From: Macrostomum lignano
Lineage: Eukaryota
DNA length: 36,472 nt
Assembly (NCBI GenBank): GCA_002269645.1
Contig: NIVC01004740.1
Location: 1-36,472 of the forward strand
Direction: 5' to 3'
The translations under genes and the position numbers were made by a program. Positions 33,644 to 36,472 of this stretch are shown here, one piece after another (position 1 is the stretch's first letter; the number at the start of each line of letters is the position of its first letter). Under the pieces are notes generated by a model, which saw only the letters and a list, made by a program, of their open reading frames with translations, was not told the DNA's origin and did not search any database.

Positions 33644-35108
33644 ATGGCTGAAACAAAAACTATGTGGAGTGATAAATTTCATTTCAAAAAGCACCGACAG
33701 TATATTAATGAGGTCAGAGCAAGAGATTTAAATTATACCCTACCAACAAGTGATAATTCAAATAACTTTACTACTGGAACGGTAACTTTTGACATCGGCG
33801 CAACCAACACTATATTGGATATGAAAAATGCATTTTTCCGTGTTAGATGGTTATATACTAGAAATGATGGAACTGCTCTTGCAGCCGGAGATATCGCAGA
33901 TCGATCCGGAATAATAATAGAAAATGATTGGTTTTATAAATGTTTTTCCCAAGCTCAACTAACTGTTAATGGTGCTGAGGTTGAGACATCATCAAACCCC
34001 GCAGAGATTAATGGAGTTTTGAAACATTTAAATTATACTTATTTATCAAAACAAGTTGGTGATAATGTTGGGTGGATGCCGGATAAAGGTAATGGTCAAG
34101 CAGTAGTTTTCCCTAATGTACAAAACGCAGCCGGTGCAGATACTGCAGCGCTAATTGCATACCTTAATACAAACATAGTTCCAGTTGTAACCACTATGAC
34201 TAATACAAAAGCTATTAACACCGGGTTTATAGATCGTCAGAATAAATTCCCAGTCGCGGTTTTAACCACAGCAACAGCATATGAGCAAGACTTTTCAATC
34301 TTCCCGCTATTTGGGTTCTTCTCACCAAATCGGGTATGGAAAGGATTAAAATTTGGGATACAGTTGCAAATATCTGGTGGATATCAGCCTAGGATACTTT
34401 ATGGAACCTCAATTTCAACCGATATAGCAGTTCGTATAGCATTCAATTAGTCGTACCAACTATTGAGGTAACAGCCCCACTTTTAAAACACATCGATAAT
34501 CAGTTAACGCATGATCAGGAAATATTTTATTTGAATCGTCGACATTTTATGCGAACCATTAATAACAGGATTCATTCCAGTGGCAAATATTGACATCAAA
34601 ACGTCGGGTGAGATATATTTTTGTTTGGTTTAAGATAACAAATAGAAGGAGTAAAAGAGCAAATGGGGATTTATATTGGCTTCAATCCGGTGCCATAGCA
34701 GCACAAGCAGCCACCGCAACAGACAATGCGGCTGCAGCTATTAACGAGTTTAATGTTCAGAATATCCGCCTGCAGGTTGATGATCAATATTATCCAGTTA
34801 AAGATCCTCTTAATCTAAATATTGCAAATAATGATGTTAATGATTTTATAAAATATTATCACGATTATGCCAAAAATGAAGCATATGCCGTCCCTCAGTA
34901 CACATCTACAGAGTTTCTAAACATTCATCCAGTGGTTGTTTATGATCTAACGGCACAGAAAGAAAACGTAGCCAATATTGGACTTAATTATATGTTAGAG
35001 ATTAATAAAACCGGCAATCAGGCACTTGACGCCCACGTATTGTTTCTAGAGGAATATATGTCAATTGCTAAAGCTGATGGCACGATTGTTCGGGACGCAC
35101 CATTGTAG
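33644..35108 (+). CDS. Major capsid protein (double jelly-roll, Polinton PY/hexon-like); frameshifts near 34440 and 34572
   Basis: ~490 codons once joined; VTFDIG...ILDMKNAFF...CFSQAQLTVNGAEVE...WMPD; bridging frame IQLVVPTIE...; FQWQILTSKRRVRYIFVWF; IRLQVDDQYYP; FLNIHPVVVYDLT. Confidence 0.78.
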
Positions 35109-35159
35109 AATGAGTGCAGGTCTCCGACCGTCGCGCCTATTTAAATTATTTCTTTAAAA

Positions 35160-35880
35160 ATGGTAAAGGCAAAACACGATAAGATATTCAAATGATCCTT
35201 TTTTGTTTAGTAATCGGAGGATCAGGTAAAGGAAAAACACACTTTGTTTACGATTTATTAACAACAGATGGAATGTTAGACTATAATAATTTAATAATTT
35301 ATACTAATAAACCTAGAATAAAATATTATGAATTTCTTAAACATGGATTAAAAAACAAATTAAAAAAGATGTCTTGTTTAGAATGTTAAGAGCATATGAG
35401 CAATATGAGGATGATGACGAACCGCGATTAATCTACGAGACATTGAGGATTTATGTAAAACAATGGCACAACAGCCAGAAAACATCACGAGCCCCAACTG
35501 TTAGAGTATCAACCCGATTAGCCTATGATCAAATTCCAAAACATGATAAAACACTAATTATTTTGATGATTGTATTAATGACGGTGATCAAGAATTGCAA
35601 AAGGAAATTTTTGTTAGTGGTAGAGGAGATGGAATGGAGCTTTTTATCTAACACAGTCCTTTAGAGAATTAGAATCGATTATAAAAAGAATGCAAGTTGT
35701 TGTGTAATGTTTGATTTAGATAATTATGATTTACAAAATATACACGCTAGGTTTAAAACCATTTAAAAGTATGTAAAAAATTTGGGATGATAGCCATACA
35801 AACTATCAATCGAGGTTAGAAAGGAAAAATCGAATCTTAAAAGATATAAAAGGATGAGGAAGAATAATTCCCACTATAAA
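35160..35880 (+). CDS. A32/FtsK-like DNA packaging ATPase, several -1 frameshifts
   Basis: Walker A CLVIGGSGKGKT; MLDYNNL; Walker B IIFDDC after frame correction near 35562; GR...FYLTQS downstream motif. Confidence 0.82.
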
Positions 35881-35881
35881 A

Positions 35882-36472
35882 ATGGCTACAAATTTAGATA
35901 CTATAAAACAATTGGTAGATCGAACTAATTTCAAAAATTTAGTACAAACATTACAGTTTATAATGACAACCAGCGAGCAACGGATTCAATTGCGCGATCC
36001 ATTACAAACTTGATCAAAGCCTAAGTTATCAAATGGTTTGATATTATTTTCGGTTTTAACATGCCTCAATTAATTAATGCAACAAATAATCAATTTAGAT
36101 ATTCTAAAGATTCCGGAGCCAATTGGACAACATTTAGCGTTAACCCAGGAGCGTATAGCTATACTGATTTGAATGCTTATATAGAAGGAGAATTAACATC
36201 TAACGGCAATTGGGTAGCAGGACGCGATTGTTATAGGGGTTGATTTACCATCTGGCAGATTCACACTATCACTAGGATCCGGATATCAGGTTGATTTCAC
36301 AATTGCAAATTCACTCAGAACCATACTTGGATTTAATTCCCGAATAGTTACCACATCAAGCACCGGAGATACAGTGGGAAATATTGAGGGTGGAGTTAAT
36401 ACAATTAATATAACAACCGACATATCAAACGGTGGTTATATAACAGATAATAATGGAGTTTTGGTTCAACGT
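35882..36472 (+). CDS. Minor capsid (penton-like, Polinton PX) protein, partial, frameshifted
   Basis: NNQFRYSKDSGANW...VNPGAYSYTDLNAYI; SGYQVDFTIANSLRTILGFN; GNIEGGVNTINITTDI. Confidence 0.75.

Larger units (their letters stand above)
29876..36472. mobile_element. Polinton/Maverick (adintovirus-like) endogenous viral element, continuing past the window end
   Basis: AGTAGT terminus; abrupt shift to AT-rich, densely packed ORFs without spliceosomal introns; rve integrase, PLA2 domain, major and minor capsid proteins, packaging ATPase. pPolB and protease not seen in the window. Confidence 0.9.

Noticed and set aside
34440-34590. A second intron in the capsid gene between the two annotated ORFs
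   Set aside because: The gap is coding in a third frame (IQLVVPTIE...), explained by two single-base losses; no ribozyme motifs.

Overview
Eukaryotic, apparently animal, nuclear DNA with GC-rich spliceosomal exons, AT-rich intergenic DNA and introns largely filled by minisatellites. Host genes are calnexin (4 exons, minus strand), a TXNDC17/TRP14-type thioredoxin (2 exons, plus strand), a tentative PTB-like-domain gene and a cyclic-nucleotide-binding-domain (CNBD2-like) gene (both minus strand). Two non-autonomous hAT-type elements with exact 8-bp target-site duplications lie between genes. From ~29876 to the window end is an integrated Polinton/Maverick (adintovirus-like) element with an AGTAGT terminus, a PLA2-integrase gene, an HNH-type endonuclease, a major capsid protein, a packaging ATPase and the start of a minor capsid protein. 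The main finding is a 333-nt, ORF-less, IC1-like group I intron (31904-32236, minus strand). It splits the conserved NFTG|PGT motif of the viral phospholipase A2 domain. Its P1-P10 pairings can be read by eye, including a covaried P7 and an intact G-binding pair, but its terminal nucleotide is A rather than G. A free-standing HNH endonuclease gene lies immediately upstream. Nearly all frameshifts in the window, host and viral, can be read as single-base losses in homopolymer runs. That points to long-read error, so the element may be intact. All calls were made by eye; no database search or folding program was run.
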